A stretch of DNA of 64,000 nucleotides, taken from Setoptus koraiensis (taxonomy: Eukaryota; Animalia; Arthropoda). This document shows, one piece after another, positions 24,644-36,787 of this stretch. The position numbers were made by a program, and so were the translations under genes. Numbering within the stretch: position 1 is the first letter of the stretch; every line of letters begins with the position of its first letter. The notes under the pieces are model-generated. The model searched no databases. It saw only the letters and a list, made by a program, of their open reading frames with translations, and was not told where the DNA came from. The stretch lies in assembly GCA_048013815.1 (NCBI GenBank), contig CM106586.1, positions 7,750,001 through 7,814,000 on the forward strand, given 5' to 3'.

Positions 24644-26287
24644 TTAGAATTTCAAATTCTTTTTGTTTTTCATCATGTGAGAGTCTAGAGAAGACCAGAA
24701 CTTAAGAAAATTTGCTTTATCCAAATGTCTTTTGCTTCGTGATAATTGTATCACTTGAACGTTCCATTTAGCAACATTGGGGTCCAAATTCATGTCATCA
24801 AATTTTAAATGGTAGGCCTTAATTCTGGAGAAAATCTCTACAGGCGATCCTCCCCAAGGCCATCCTTTAAATTGCCAACTCGGTCCTTGAACAAATACAG
24901 CAACCACTCTATTCCAATCATCAGCGTCCAGTTTTATTGGATTATCTATTACTCTATAGGCTGAGGTGGTAGCGTCAGGTTTTTTTCTTTGAATAAGTAT
25001 TTCAGAGTCACGCTTGTTATCAGCTTTAACTTCAACAAATCTGAGATCTTGAAGAATCGCCTGAGCATTATACATGTTGATGAGCGATGTTGTTGTTGCT
25101 GGTATTATAATGATTGGAACACGCGATTGTCGTCTTTTATTGGCAGAGTTGCTAGAAGTTGAATGGTGGCCAGGTGCGCTCATTACATGACCTCTATTGT
25201 TGGACGGGACATTTGAGAAGGAGTTGATTCCAGATGGAGGTCCAGGAGGCTTATGAGATAGTCCATTAGAACCGTTAACGACTGGTTGAACCAGCGCCGC
25301 ACCTGAGCCGTGGTAAGTCAGGCGAGTATCGATATCGAAACCAAGGGTGGCATCACTAGGGTTTGCAAATCTCTCTTGATCATAACGACTATATTGTGCT
25401 GTCTGGGTGGAGGGAGGCTGCTTCATTATAGGGGCCTCGATGGGCGATTGATTGGTGGTTGCGGTAGTCTTTTTAAATGAGGCATCGTCCATTTTTGCGA
25501 TAGCTTGTATGAGAGGTAAGACTGATTTTGCGAAATTTTTTGAGTGAGCTTGTAACATTGAAGATCTAGTTCGCCAAATCTTTTCTTTCTTCTTAATATC
25601 TTCCATTAACCTTTGATCATATTCTATCAAAAGTGCTGCCTCTTTTGCAGCGCTGGAATCTTTTTGAGATGTGCCTGATTTACCAACCAATCCGATCTCT
25701 GTGTCTGCGTCTATGATCGTACTTCTCTTTTTAGCTAACCTCTTGCCACGGATTTCGGCAAGTTTGTCAGGTCCCAACTCGGCTATAGCTAGCTCATTAG
25801 CAGATGTTGACGCAGCTAGTTCTGGTTTTTTCAACTTCGGTTCATCTAAGCTAGCTGCAAATCTATCAAGTAAACGTTTGTAGTCTTGATTAGGACGTTG
25901 AAGGTTCGTCGATCTATTATCACCGGACTCTTGTTGTATAGAGGTCGACGCGGGTATTGGAGCGTTTCTGTCTATGTTCGATGAGGTATTGTTTTCTCCC
26001 GTGAGATAGGACAGAAGATCCTTTCTGTCGGGCCTGTGTACGGCGGGTACATTATCTTGAGCCGCCTTCTTGACATAGAAATGATGTGACAAGCCTTGAT
26101 TCTTTAAGAAATATAAAAGACATTCCAAAGTGTAATATTCTTTGTTTGTTTTTGACTGGCAGATTTGATAGTTCGTCTTTACATTTTTTGGCCAACCGTT
26201 TTCGCCGAATATAATAAATCCGTTCGTCTCTTTTATTTCCCTTTTATTAACGTGGAATTGACGCAATTGGGAAAGTGGGTCCGCCAT
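24644..26287 (-). CDS. CDC73: Parafibromin / cell division cycle 73 (PAF1 complex), intronless, 547 aa
   Basis: N-terminus MADPLSQLR...WPKNVKTNY...YYTLECLLYFLK and C-terminal domain SRVPIIIIP...LQDLRFV...YRVIDNP...WNRVVAVFVQGPSWQFKGWPW. Confidence 0.97.
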   Translation of the reverse strand: MADPLSQLRQFHVNKREIKETNGFIIFGENGWPKNVKTNYQICQSKTNKEYYTLECLLYFLKNQGLSHHFYVKKAAQDNVPAVHRPDRKDLLSYLTGENNTSSNIDRNAPIPASTSIQQESGDNRSTNLQRPNQDYKRLLDRFAASLDEPKLKKPELAASTSANELAIAELGPDKLAEIRGKRLAKKRSTIIDADTEIGLVGKSGTSQKDSSAAKEAALLIEYDQRLMEDIKKKEKIWRTRSSMLQAHSKNFAKSVLPLIQAIAKMDDASFKKTTATTNQSPIEAPIMKQPPSTQTAQYSRYDQERFANPSDATLGFDIDTRLTYHGSGAALVQPVVNGSNGLSHKPPGPPSGINSFSNVPSNNRGHVMSAPGHHSTSSNSANKRRQSRVPIIIIPATTTSLINMYNAQAILQDLRFVEVKADNKRDSEILIQRKKPDATTSAYRVIDNPIKLDADDWNRVVAVFVQGPSWQFKGWPWGGSPVEIFSRIKAYHLKFDDMNLDPNVAKWNVQVIQLSRSKRHLDKANFLKFWSSLDSHMMKNKKNLKF

Positions 26288-26852
26288 AGCTGATGTCTAA
26301 TAGTTGATTTAAAACCCACACAAGAGTGTATTGTCGGTGAAAACTGGATCTTTGATACAAATGCTAAAGTTGATAAGATTCTTTAAATTACACGGTGTAA
26401 AATAATTTTATAAGATTATTGTTATTGGAATAACAAAATCGAATTCAGGAGAAAACTGATGTGTTTATGTGAGAGCGCAAAGAACAATGTGAAATACATG
26501 CACGGTAAACACGCCTCTAGATATGATCAGCGCAAGCTGCAGCTGTAATTTATAGCGCTAATTTTGAATCAACGAGTCTTTTTTGCTTTGGCCATTATTC
26601 CTGCTCTTCTATGCAAAGCCTCAATCTTGGGCTTGAGCCAAGATCAAATCACAATATGGAATATGGAGCAATCACGATAGAGATTTCATTTTTTACAACA
26701 TCATCGAATCAACTCCTTACATGATAATAATTTATTTTGATACACACTTATTTTGAATACTTTAGTGCCACAAATCATATTTTTCAATCCAATTATCAGC
26801 AAGATTGAACTAGTGAATACTTCCAAACAATCTAGACGTTTATCAAAAAATT
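26288..26852. promoter_or_regulatory. Putative bidirectional promoter between CDC73 and EPRS
   Basis: 565-bp AT-rich spacer between two divergent start codons; inferred from gene geometry only. Confidence 0.55.
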
Positions 26853-29800
26853 ATGTCTTCTGCTGTCTACACAGATCTTCCCGGTGCCGTCGATGGACAA
26901 GTAGTTGTACGATTTCCGCCGGAGGCCAGTGGATTCCTGCACATTGGACATGCTAAAGCTGCTCTATTAAATTATCACTACAAAACAATCTACAATGGAA
27001 AGCTTGTTATGAGATTCGACGATACAAATCCAGCAAAAGAAAATGTAGACTATGAGGAGGCCATATTGAACGATCTCAAGTCTCTTGGTGTGGAATATGA
27101 TCATTTTTCTTACACATCGGATCATTTTGATCTCATGTTGGAGAAATGTGACGAGATGATCAAAGCCGGCCTTGCCTATGTCGATGATACACCCGGCGAT
27201 CAGATGAAAATTGAGCGAGAGAAAAAAATTGAGTCGAAGAATCGTAATAACTCCGTTGAGAAGAATCTTGGACTATGGGAGGAGATGAAGAAAGGCTCCG
27301 AAACAGGACAAAAGTGCTGTGTCAGGGCCAAACTGGACATGGCCTCGCCCAATGGCTGCCTGAGAGATCCAACTATGTACCGATGCAAAGATGAAAGCCA
27401 TCCCCGAACTGGGAAAAAATACAAGGTCTACCCGACTTACGATTTCGCATGTCCAATCGTAGATAGTATAGAAGGTATAACTCATGCCCTCAGAACGACT
27501 GAGTACCTTGATCGAGACCCTCAATACTACTGGTTCATTGATGCTTTGAAATTAAGAAAACCTCACATAGCTTCATACTCGCGCCTGAATATGATGAACA
27601 CTGTTCTATCCAAAAGAAAATTAACATGGATAGTAGATCAAAATTTTGTCTCGGGATGGAATGATCCCAGAATGCCAACAGTTCAAGGAATCCTCAGAAG
27701 AGGTCTGACCGTGGAGGGACTGAAACAATTCATTATAGCTCAAGGGTCATCTCGATCTGTTGTGTTTATGGAATGGGACAAGATTTGGGCATTCAATAAA
27801 AAAGTCATCGATCCCATTGTACCGAGATACTCGGCAGTTGAAAAGAAAGATTCTGTCCCTGTTATTCTGAGCAACAACGAGGCAGGCTTAGATATTGAGA
27901 TAGCTCTGCACCCAAAGAATAGTGCCATGGGAGTTCGCAAACTGAACATTAAAAAAGAGCTTATAATTGAACAAGCCGACGCAAAAACTTTAGAAAACGG
28001 AATTGTTGCTACTTTCATTGGGCTTGGTAACGTAATCATCGAAGAAGTATCAAAGAACGATTCTGGTTTAGTAACTTCTATCAAGGCTTCCTTGAATTTA
28101 GATAACAAAGATTTCAAAAAGACCCCAAAAATCTGTTGGTTAGAGAAAGAGTCTTGCATTGAAGCTCAATTAATATACTATGACCACTTGATAACAAAGC
28201 CAGTGCTAGGTAAAGACGAAGATTTCAAGGAATTTGTGAACAAGGATAGTAAGCACGTAACTGAAGTTTTGACAGATGCAGATATCTCAGCTCTGAAACA
28301 AAGAGAGATCATCCAGTATCAAAGAAAAGGATATTTTATATGCGACCAATCATACTCTGAAAATGTAAAAACCATTATTTTGAATTACATACCAGATGGT
28401 ACTACGAAGCAACCTACAATGTCCGCGACCGACACAGTCAAACAAGCCCCCAAGACAGCACCCGTTGATGGAGACAAAGCTAAAGATTCAAAGAAGAAGG
28501 CGAAAGCAGAGGCCAAGGCAGAAGCAAAGTCAAAGAAGCAAGAGAAAAAGGAACCCCAAAAAACTCCCGGAAACGCTAATCAAGCCTCGTCCGAGCAATC
28601 AGGAAAAAAGCAGACCAAGCTTGGTATAGAATCAAAGAAAGAAACGAATTTCGCCAACTGGTACACTGAAGTAATAACTCGTGGTGAAATGGTAGAATAT
28701 TATGATGTGAGTGGTTGTTATATATTCCGCCCGTGGTCCTATGCAATTTGGGAAAACATCCAGAAATTCTTCGATGATAAGATCAAGTCGATTGGAGTTG
28801 AGAATTGCTACTTCCCAATGTTCGTTTCTTCAACTGCTTTAGAGAAAGAAAAAAATCACATAGCAGACTTCGCCCCTGAAGTGGCCTGGGTAACGAAATC
28901 TGGCCAATCTGATTTGAAAGAGCCCATAGCCATCAGACCAACTTCAGAAACAGTCATGTATCCTGCCTATGCTAAATGGGTCCAATCCCATCGAGATTTG
29001 CCAATACGTCTTAACCAGTGGAACAACGTCGTAAGATGGGAGTTCAAAAATCCTACACCTTTTATCAGAACAAGGGAGTTTTTGTGGCAAGAGGGTCATA
29101 CTGCATTTGCCACCAAACAAGAAGCTGTGGAAGAAGTAGAACAGATACTTGAATTTTATGCTCAAGTTTATGAGGACCTTCTGGCCATTCCGGTTGTTCG
29201 AGGCAGAAAGTCTGAGAAGGAAAAGTTTCCTGGCGCTGACTTTACCTTAACTGTTGAGGGATACATTGGTGTGAGTGGAAGGGGTATTCAAGGGGCCACT
29301 TCTCATCACCTAGGTCAGAACTTTTCAAAGATGTTTGGCATAAGCTTTCAAGCTCCAGAGGATCCATCCAAGAAAGAATTCGCCTATCAGAATTCATGGG
29401 GTCTATCAACAAGAACTATTGGGGTTCTAATAATGACTCATAGTGACAATAAAGGCCTTGTTCTACCACCAAAAGTAGCGCCACTTCAAGTCGTAATCAT
29501 ACCGTGTGGTATCACTGTATCCACATCTGAGACAGACAAACTTAAGTTATTAGATCAATGCAAGAGTCTAGAAACGGAATTGAAAGCTGCGAAAATAAGA
29601 TGTAAGATAGACTCATCGGAGCACGTTTCGCCTGGCTGGAAATTTAATCATTACGAGTTGAAGGGAGTGCCAATAAGAATTGAGCTTGGTCCAAAGGATT
29701 TAGAGAAGAATCAGTGCGTTGCATGCAGACGGGATGCCACAAAAGATAAGGGAAAAGAAGTTTATCCATTGGAGAACATTTCAGACAGCATAACAAAATT

Positions 29801-30137
29801 ATTGAATAAGATCCAAATCTCATTATACGATCAAGCATTGTCAGTGATGGAGCAAATGAGATATCAGACTTGTGATTGGCAGGAATTTCTAAACAAACTC
29901 AATGATAAATGTACTCTGCTTGCACCTTTTTGCGGAAGCCCATCTTGTGAAGATAATATCAAAAAGGATAGTGCGAGGGAAGACGTTGAGGATGCCTCCG
30001 GTCCTCTTATGGGCGCCAAATCATTATGCATACCTAAAAAACAACCGGAACCAGCAATCAATGAGACTCACAAGTGCATACATCCAAAATGTGAAGGGAA
30101 GCCGCAGTTTTGGTGTCTTTTTGGACGCAGCTATTGA
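26853..30137 (+). CDS. EPRS: Bifunctional glutamyl-prolyl-tRNA synthetase, intronless, lacking GST-like and WHEP domains, 1094 aa
   Basis: GluRS: [33 protein letters not shown], ending IPDG at 28400. ProRS: [47 protein letters not shown]-terminal LFGRSY. In-frame TGA at 26814-26816 upstream of the ATG. Confidence 0.97.
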   Translation: MSSAVYTDLPGAVDGQVVVRFPPEASGFLHIGHAKAALLNYHYKTIYNGKLVMRFDDTNPAKENVDYEEAILNDLKSLGVEYDHFSYTSDHFDLMLEKCDEMIKAGLAYVDDTPGDQMKIEREKKIESKNRNNSVEKNLGLWEEMKKGSETGQKCCVRAKLDMASPNGCLRDPTMYRCKDESHPRTGKKYKVYPTYDFACPIVDSIEGITHALRTTEYLDRDPQYYWFIDALKLRKPHIASYSRLNMMNTVLSKRKLTWIVDQNFVSGWNDPRMPTVQGILRRGLTVEGLKQFIIAQGSSRSVVFMEWDKIWAFNKKVIDPIVPRYSAVEKKDSVPVILSNNEAGLDIEIALHPKNSAMGVRKLNIKKELIIEQADAKTLENGIVATFIGLGNVIIEEVSKNDSGLVTSIKASLNLDNKDFKKTPKICWLEKESCIEAQLIYYDHLITKPVLGKDEDFKEFVNKDSKHVTEVLTDADISALKQREIIQYQRKGYFICDQSYSENVKTIILNYIPDGTTKQPTMSATDTVKQAPKTAPVDGDKAKDSKKKAKAEAKAEAKSKKQEKKEPQKTPGNANQASSEQSGKKQTKLGIESKKETNFANWYTEVITRGEMVEYYDVSGCYIFRPWSYAIWENIQKFFDDKIKSIGVENCYFPMFVSSTALEKEKNHIADFAPEVAWVTKSGQSDLKEPIAIRPTSETVMYPAYAKWVQSHRDLPIRLNQWNNVVRWEFKNPTPFIRTREFLWQEGHTAFATKQEAVEEVEQILEFYAQVYEDLLAIPVVRGRKSEKEKFPGADFTLTVEGYIGVSGRGIQGATSHHLGQNFSKMFGISFQAPEDPSKKEFAYQNSWGLSTRTIGVLIMTHSDNKGLVLPPKVAPLQVVIIPCGITVSTSETDKLKLLDQCKSLETELKAAKIRCKIDSSEHVSPGWKFNHYELKGVPIRIELGPKDLEKNQCVACRRDATKDKGKEVYPLENISDSITKLLNKIQISLYDQALSVMEQMRYQTCDWQEFLNKLNDKCTLLAPFCGSPSCEDNIKKDSAREDVEDASGPLMGAKSLCIPKKQPEPAINETHKCIHPKCEGKPQFWCLFGRSY

Positions 30138-30244
30138 GACTTCCAGTTCATGTCTTAGCGAGCGAATCTGAATTAATTTATTGATAGCCAATTAAGAAAC
30201 GGCACAATTATATTTATATTGATAGCAAAATGCATAAAATTTAT

Positions 30245-31124
30245 TCAACAATTTATATAATCTGACTCGCGTAGTTGATTCCATGAAAAAGGCTCGAGCC
30301 AGGAGGAGGTCTTAAGATTGAGTATGCAGTTAAGTTTGTCTATTAATGTGTAACATTCGTTTAGATTTTCACCCTCCGAACAGAAGCTGATGATCACAGC
30401 AGCCGAGATGTGATTCTTCTCCAAGGCTTTGATGAGAGGCTTGGTGAATCCACTACCTGGAAGAAATGTCATGCCATCCATTATCGCTTTATCGCTTTTG
30501 GATGGAGGCAGAAGAGTGATGGAGGCCCTATTCCAGTCTACATCAGGCTTGAACGAGGCTGTAGTGTAGCTACGCAACAAATCTTGAGTCTCTATACCAG
30601 AACTTTTGAGGGGAATGCAACTAGAGAAAGAGCTTGATAAGATGATCACTTTTTCGAATTCAGCCTTTTTGATCCAATCAACGAGATTATTCAGATATCC
30701 TTCTTTGTGAGCCTGTGTGTGTGTGTTTGGTTGTCACAGAAAAGAATGGTCAGGTTGATTAGACGCTGTTTTATGTTGTTGTAGGATAGGCTGCAATATG
30801 GCTTAGGTGACTCACCTTAAAATAGGAGCTTCTTTGTTGTATGATAACCATCTTCCTAGCCGAATATTCGTACACTTCTGTACTAGTTGATGGTGGACCA
30901 TTCAAAGTGTAGGCATTTGGGCCAACAACAGCCATGATGGCTGGTGAATATATTCTGCCAATCAGCTTGCACTCATCATTATTGCCAATAAATGTAGATA
31001 TGAGTAAATCGACAGCCAATTGTCCGACATTGCCCACAGCACAAATGGGCATGATGAGAGTGTGGCCCGGCCATCGGTTGGAATTGTTTTTGTCCAACGG
31101 ATTATAGAATGACAACTCTGGCAT
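30245..31124 (-). CDS. PSMG2: Proteasome assembly chaperone 2; exons 31124-30816 and 30712-30245 (258 aa)
   Basis: TLIMPICAVGNVGQLAVDLLI is the PAC2 motif. Donor AAG|GTGAGT and acceptor ACACAG|GCT bound a 103-bp phase-0 intron. C-terminal FCSEGENLNE...WLEPFSW. Confidence 0.9.
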
Positions 31125-32200
31125 GGCATTAATTTACGCACTAATACTGTGTGTGTTAGGTTTAGATTAGCTGTCAGGAGATGTTGTGATGGCGATGATA
31201 AGTGAATAAGATTGTTTCTAGACTGACTACTTAACGATTCATTGATGTCACTCACTGATTTCTAGCTAATCTAATGATATTCACATGATATTAATTATAT
31301 TTGCACAGAGATTGCGACTCTTTGCACGTTGTTGACGTTCTTTGTTGTGTGGCTTATCTGCTACACACACTCACGAACTGTGCAATAAATGTGACATCAT
31401 GCCGTGCCGTTGTGTCCCGGGCCGCACACCCACGGATACGGGATCCGCGTATCTGCGTCAGCATAGAACAATTCTCGAAACATTGTAGCGAGGCCAGACT
31501 GGCGCCAATGCTGAAACTGTATCAATTATGCTCGGAATGATACACCACATCCATCAATTCCGACTAATCTAACCCTTTGTGCCCGAACTATGGTTTACGA
31601 ACACTTATTATGAGTGCAATACCGTGCAACTATTGTCATTCACTGCTATCTCGAACTATGATACTATCCTCTCGCTAATCTACTAGGGATAAATGTTGCT
31701 TATCACGCTAACATTTCACGATCAGTACTACCCAATAAACTACAGACACCAATACCTCTAGCGATAATTAGCAATCACAGTTTCGATCATGGTAACCATC
31801 AAAACTTGTAGATAGTTTGCTGAACCCGACAGTTTGGTTTCATCTTTTTCACTCGCTCTTCAATTCCGCATTTACGAGAAATCTTACACGCCCACTGTCC
31901 GCGCTGTACCGCGGCCCGAAAATTCAAAGGCTTTTGTGTGCACTGTGAATTCAAGGTGAACAGATGAACAATAATAAATTTACTTTTCCTCTCTCACTGT
32001 TGTGTTGTTATTATTATTATTTATCGCCCTATACATTGATAAGCATCATTAATATTGGCATTCGGCATACAGCCTAAACATACCATAGTAGTCATCTCTC
32101 GGCCACTGACACTATCTTACATATTCTATAATCTACCTCCAACCGATACTCAGCATCTTTAGATTTTTCTTCGGAACCTCAGCCATCCTGGAATATAATC

Positions 32201-33648
32201 ATGGGTGCTCTACTGAGTCTATGCACAGTGGGCCAGGTAAGTGTCTCGGCAAGATATCACACCATTCCAATTTTTTCTTAAATCTCAACATTCTTTAATA
32301 TTATCATCAACTCTTAAATTTTGTATTCTCTTTGTACTCTGCTTATCCACATTGACTCTAGTTGGCCTGCTGTTGCTCGAGCGCTGCTTGTAGCCTGGTT
32401 TGTTCGGGGAATTCGGCATGTAGACATTCGACTGCCACTCGTATTATGTATGCTATAATGTTACTATTGACCACCTTGTCATCATGGGTCATGCTCTCCG
32501 ATTGGCTACAGTCAAAACTCAAGAATGCGCCCTTCTGCTCCCAGATTATCGACAAATCCATTTGCGAGAACGTGGTGGGCTATTTGGCAGTATACAGAAT
32601 GTTGTTCGCCATTACAATGTTCTTCGTTATGATGTCTCTGATCATGATCGGTGTCAAAAACTCCAAAGACGGCCGAGCGGCTATCCAAAATGGATTTTGG
32701 GGACCAAAATACCTCATCCTTATTGCTGCCATGATAGGCGCTTTCTTCATTCCGGAATCGAGCAATTTCAGTAGCACTTGGATGTATTTTGGAATGATAG
32801 GAGGATTTTTATTTATAATCATTCAACTGATATTAGTGATTGACTTTGCTCATTGTTGGGCCGAAAGTTGGGTCGAAAAATTAGAGGAAACCGAGTCAAA
32901 ATGGTACTATACCGGATTGATATTTTTCACTTTTCTCAATTATATTTTAGCAATTGTTGCCATCGTACTATTCTATACCTATTACACAAATGGTGCTTGT
33001 GGATTGCAAAAATTCTTCATATCCTCAAATCTAATACTCTGCGCCTTCTTATCAGTGCTATCTATATTGCCTCAAATACAAGTTGTTCAACCAAGATCTG
33101 GTCTTTTACAGCCCTCCATATTAACATTGTATGTTATGTATTTAACATGGTCGGCATTGAACAATTCCACTAAAACCGAATGTAAACCCGCTATATTTAA
33201 TGACCCCGACCCGACAAAAAGTGGCACAGATTCGCAATCGTTGGTGGGACTATTACTTTGGTTTGTTTGCGTAATTTACTCTAGTATTAGAACTTCAACA
33301 AACAGTCAAGTTGGAAAATTAACCATGAGCGATCAGATACTTATGAAAGACACTGGTGCAGGCGATGACATCGAAACAGCAAGAAATGCGGGCTCTGGCG
33401 CACATGATAATGAGGAGGAGGAAGTTGCGTACAGTTGGAGTTTCTTTCATTTAATGTTTGCCTTGGCATCATTGTATGTTATGATGACTCTGACTAATTG
33501 GTATCAACCAAGTCATCAGGATAAACCAGACACAGTCGGCAATGACGCATCAATGTGGATCAAAATTATATCAAGTTGGATGTGTTGTGGTCTATATATT
33601 TGGACCTTGATAGCACCGCTGGCTTTACCTGATCGCGACTTCTCATAA
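32201..33648 (+). CDS. SERINC: Serine incorporator (TMS1/SERINC); exons 32201-32236 and 32362-33648
   Basis: MGALLSLCTVGQ|LACCCSSAACSL N-terminus joined by a CAG|GTAAGT...CTAG intron. Motifs AVYRMLFA, IQNGFWGPKY, SGLLQPS, YSWSFFHLMFALASLYVMMTLTNW; ends LPDRDFS. Confidence 0.96.
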
Positions 33649-34482
33649 ACTAATGGAGAACAGTTGCGAATCCCAACAATACTAACAATAATAGCCACAT
33701 ATATATATATATTATATATTCCATTTACCACCATATGTAAAGGTCTCTACGTTGTCGATAATAACATAGCAACTCATTATCACAACAAACTTAACACATA
33801 ATATACATATATCATTCTCCAATCTGGGAATTACCTATACCTATCAGATCGAAGAATTTGTATTTTAATTTTGACTTGCAATCAAAATGTTTGCAACTAC
33901 ACATCACCATAAGACGCATGTAACATCCGGCAGTGTTAATATAGTTAAAATACTACCAATGAAAATAAAGTACTTACGACCCATAAACAACAATTTGCCA
34001 AATCAAATTTTCATACAATGACGTGACATGAGAAACCAAATCTCTTTCTGGACCGAGGACTCATTCTCGAGGACGGACGCTAGATGGACGATTGAATAAT
34101 CAACCAAAGAGACAACAGTATATTGATGTGTGAATACCAATACATGTGACACTGATAGGCACTAATGTTTTCTGGACACTATGTGCCTTGAATGCACAGA
34201 GCATCATGATCATGGTGCCCATAATCAGGTGTCAGGCTTGCTGACTTGGCACTAGTCGCAACTGATAGCTGTTATGGATTGTGCCCGACAAGCGAAGTTA
34301 AATTTCCTGGTTCAAATCCGCATAACCTAATCCATTATATGTGATTATATATGTAAATATAAATTGTTCATAAGTCGCAAGCGTTTTGTGTGTGTGTTTG
34401 TGTGTGTATGGTAATGGTAATTATTTATTAAATAAGATTCTCTCTCTTTGTTTGTTTTCTCAAATATTGAATGAAAGTAGTC

Positions 34483-34950
<468 letters not shown>

Positions 34951-36240
34951 TTATATTGGTGTGGTGTGGTGTGTGTGTGTGTGTGTGTGTATTCGTGTGT
35001 GTTCGTGTGTAGCAGTACGGCGCGGTGGTGACGGCAATAGAGATAGACAGGGCTACTGCTGCTGCTTGTGCCAATAATACTGATGATGATGATGATCTAG
35101 TAATGGTGATAATAATACTAATAGGATTGGCGGCGATTGGTGGCGTCCCAACAGTGTAGCGAAATAGAGTAGGATAGTAATAATGGATGATACAGTGTGG
35201 TAGTGGGATCAATTATTATTGTTATTACTATTGTGGTGGCGAATATTATATAGTAAGTATATAGTGCAGTATATAAGTCTAGCATAAGATTGTTTGAGTA
35301 AATTCAAAATGAAAAATAGTTATAATAATAATACTGCTGGTGCTGCCTATTCTTCATATGCCGTGCGCGATAATGCACTGCGCTATACTGCCGTGTGTGT
35401 GCTGTATGCAGCATAACAGTGCGCTATTTGCCAAGTTTGCCCAACAGTTGACAGGCCGTCGTCGGGGCGGCGCTGCTCGGCCGTCCGCGACCATGGGCGG
35501 CAGTTGATTTTGGGGAGTAGCTGTCTGCAGGGTCGGCTGACAACTGACTTGTGAGGGGAGCCCGCGTACGCCCAATGTTTTTGTCTGCGTCAATGTCGAG
35601 CACTGCACTGCAGTGCACACACAATCAAAAAAGGGAAACATTTACGTGGACGATGCGCGCCTTGGGCGTGCATTCTTGGCCGACCGCAGCGCCCCTGGCG
35701 ACCCCGGCTGGCGTGTCAAACGGGCAAAGGGCGCGCGCTGGCTCTGTTAGCGACTGGCTGCAGTAGCGACGCTACTAGCATTAGTGCTGCTGCTGCTGCT
35801 GTAGTGATGGCAATGGTTGCTTGCCCCTTTTTCTCGTCGATGTTGCATTGCCGACTCCAGTGTGTCTGCACTGCACACTGCATTGTGTGCTACTCACTAG
35901 CAGTTAGTGTGTGTGTGTGTGTGTGTTGTGACAGCTACAATAGTAGCTAGCCAGCGAACTATTCTCTGGCCTGCCCCCCCCCTCGCCCCCTCCCTGCCCA
36001 TCAAGCGAATGCAGCAGCAGCACAGCACAGTATGGTGCAGTGACGGGGAAAGAGCGGGGCAAAGCGGGGCTCTCACCAGTGCGGCTCCCCCTCGCTTGTG
36101 AGTCTCGTTACGACACTCTCGTAGCGTCTGTCTGTGCGTGTGTGTGTGTGTGTGCGTTCGTCCACTATGCGCCACTGGCTGGCAAACGGCAGAAAGCGCG
36201 GCAACACGCACACTCAATACGCACACACACACACACACAC

Positions 36241-36340
36241 ACGTAACGTACGTAACGTACGTAATGCATTACGTAATGTACGTTGCAACGTACGTAATGA
36301 TGTAATAGGCACGCACGCACGCACGCTCGCACGTCAGTTG
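36241..36340 (+). promoter_or_regulatory. Candidate colmedin promoter: bZIP-type ACGT palindrome cluster followed by initiator TCAGTT (36334-36339)
   Basis: Perfect palindromes TACGTAATGCATTACGTA and GTACGTTGCAACGTAC, then a match to the arthropod Inr consensus TCAKTY ~450 bp upstream of the ATG. Confidence 0.4.
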
Positions 36341-36620
36341 TCAGTGAGCGCGCACCAAATCAACTGCTGCCAACGTTGACGTAGCCGCAGCGAGCAAGAC
36401 GACGCTGGCGAGACGCACCAACTGTGCATAGCACTCAACTAGTGTCGCGCGCAAATGTGCCGACAGTGCGATTGTGCCGACAGTGCGAGTGTGCCGACAG
36501 TGCGAGTGTGCCAACTGCAAATTGCGCCAATTGCGCCTTCCGCCTTCTTACACCGTCTTTGCAACAGTCTACACCAGTGTGCACCAGTGTACGTGAAGCG
36601 CAAATGTAAAACTGTACGTG

Positions 36621-36697
36621 CCAAATAGAGCCGCCGCACGCAAAATAGAGCCGCCGCACGCAAAATAGAGCCGCCGCATGCAAATAGAGCGGCGCAG
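36621..36697 (+). repeat. Tandem 20-mer (CAAAATAGAGCCGCCGCACG) x3.5
   Basis: Direct inspection; lies in the predicted colmedin 5' UTR. Confidence 0.9.
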
Positions 36698-36787
36698 TCA
36701 AGCCAGCGAGCCGCAAACGGAAGCACACGAAACTTTTGTTCGCAAGCGTCAATCTGCGCGCCGTGTCGCCGAGCCAGCGCCGGCCCG

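Noticed and set aside
34300-34330. GGTTCAAATCC T-loop/B-box-like motif
   Set aside because: Flanks do not form a T-stem or cloverleaf; no tRNA.
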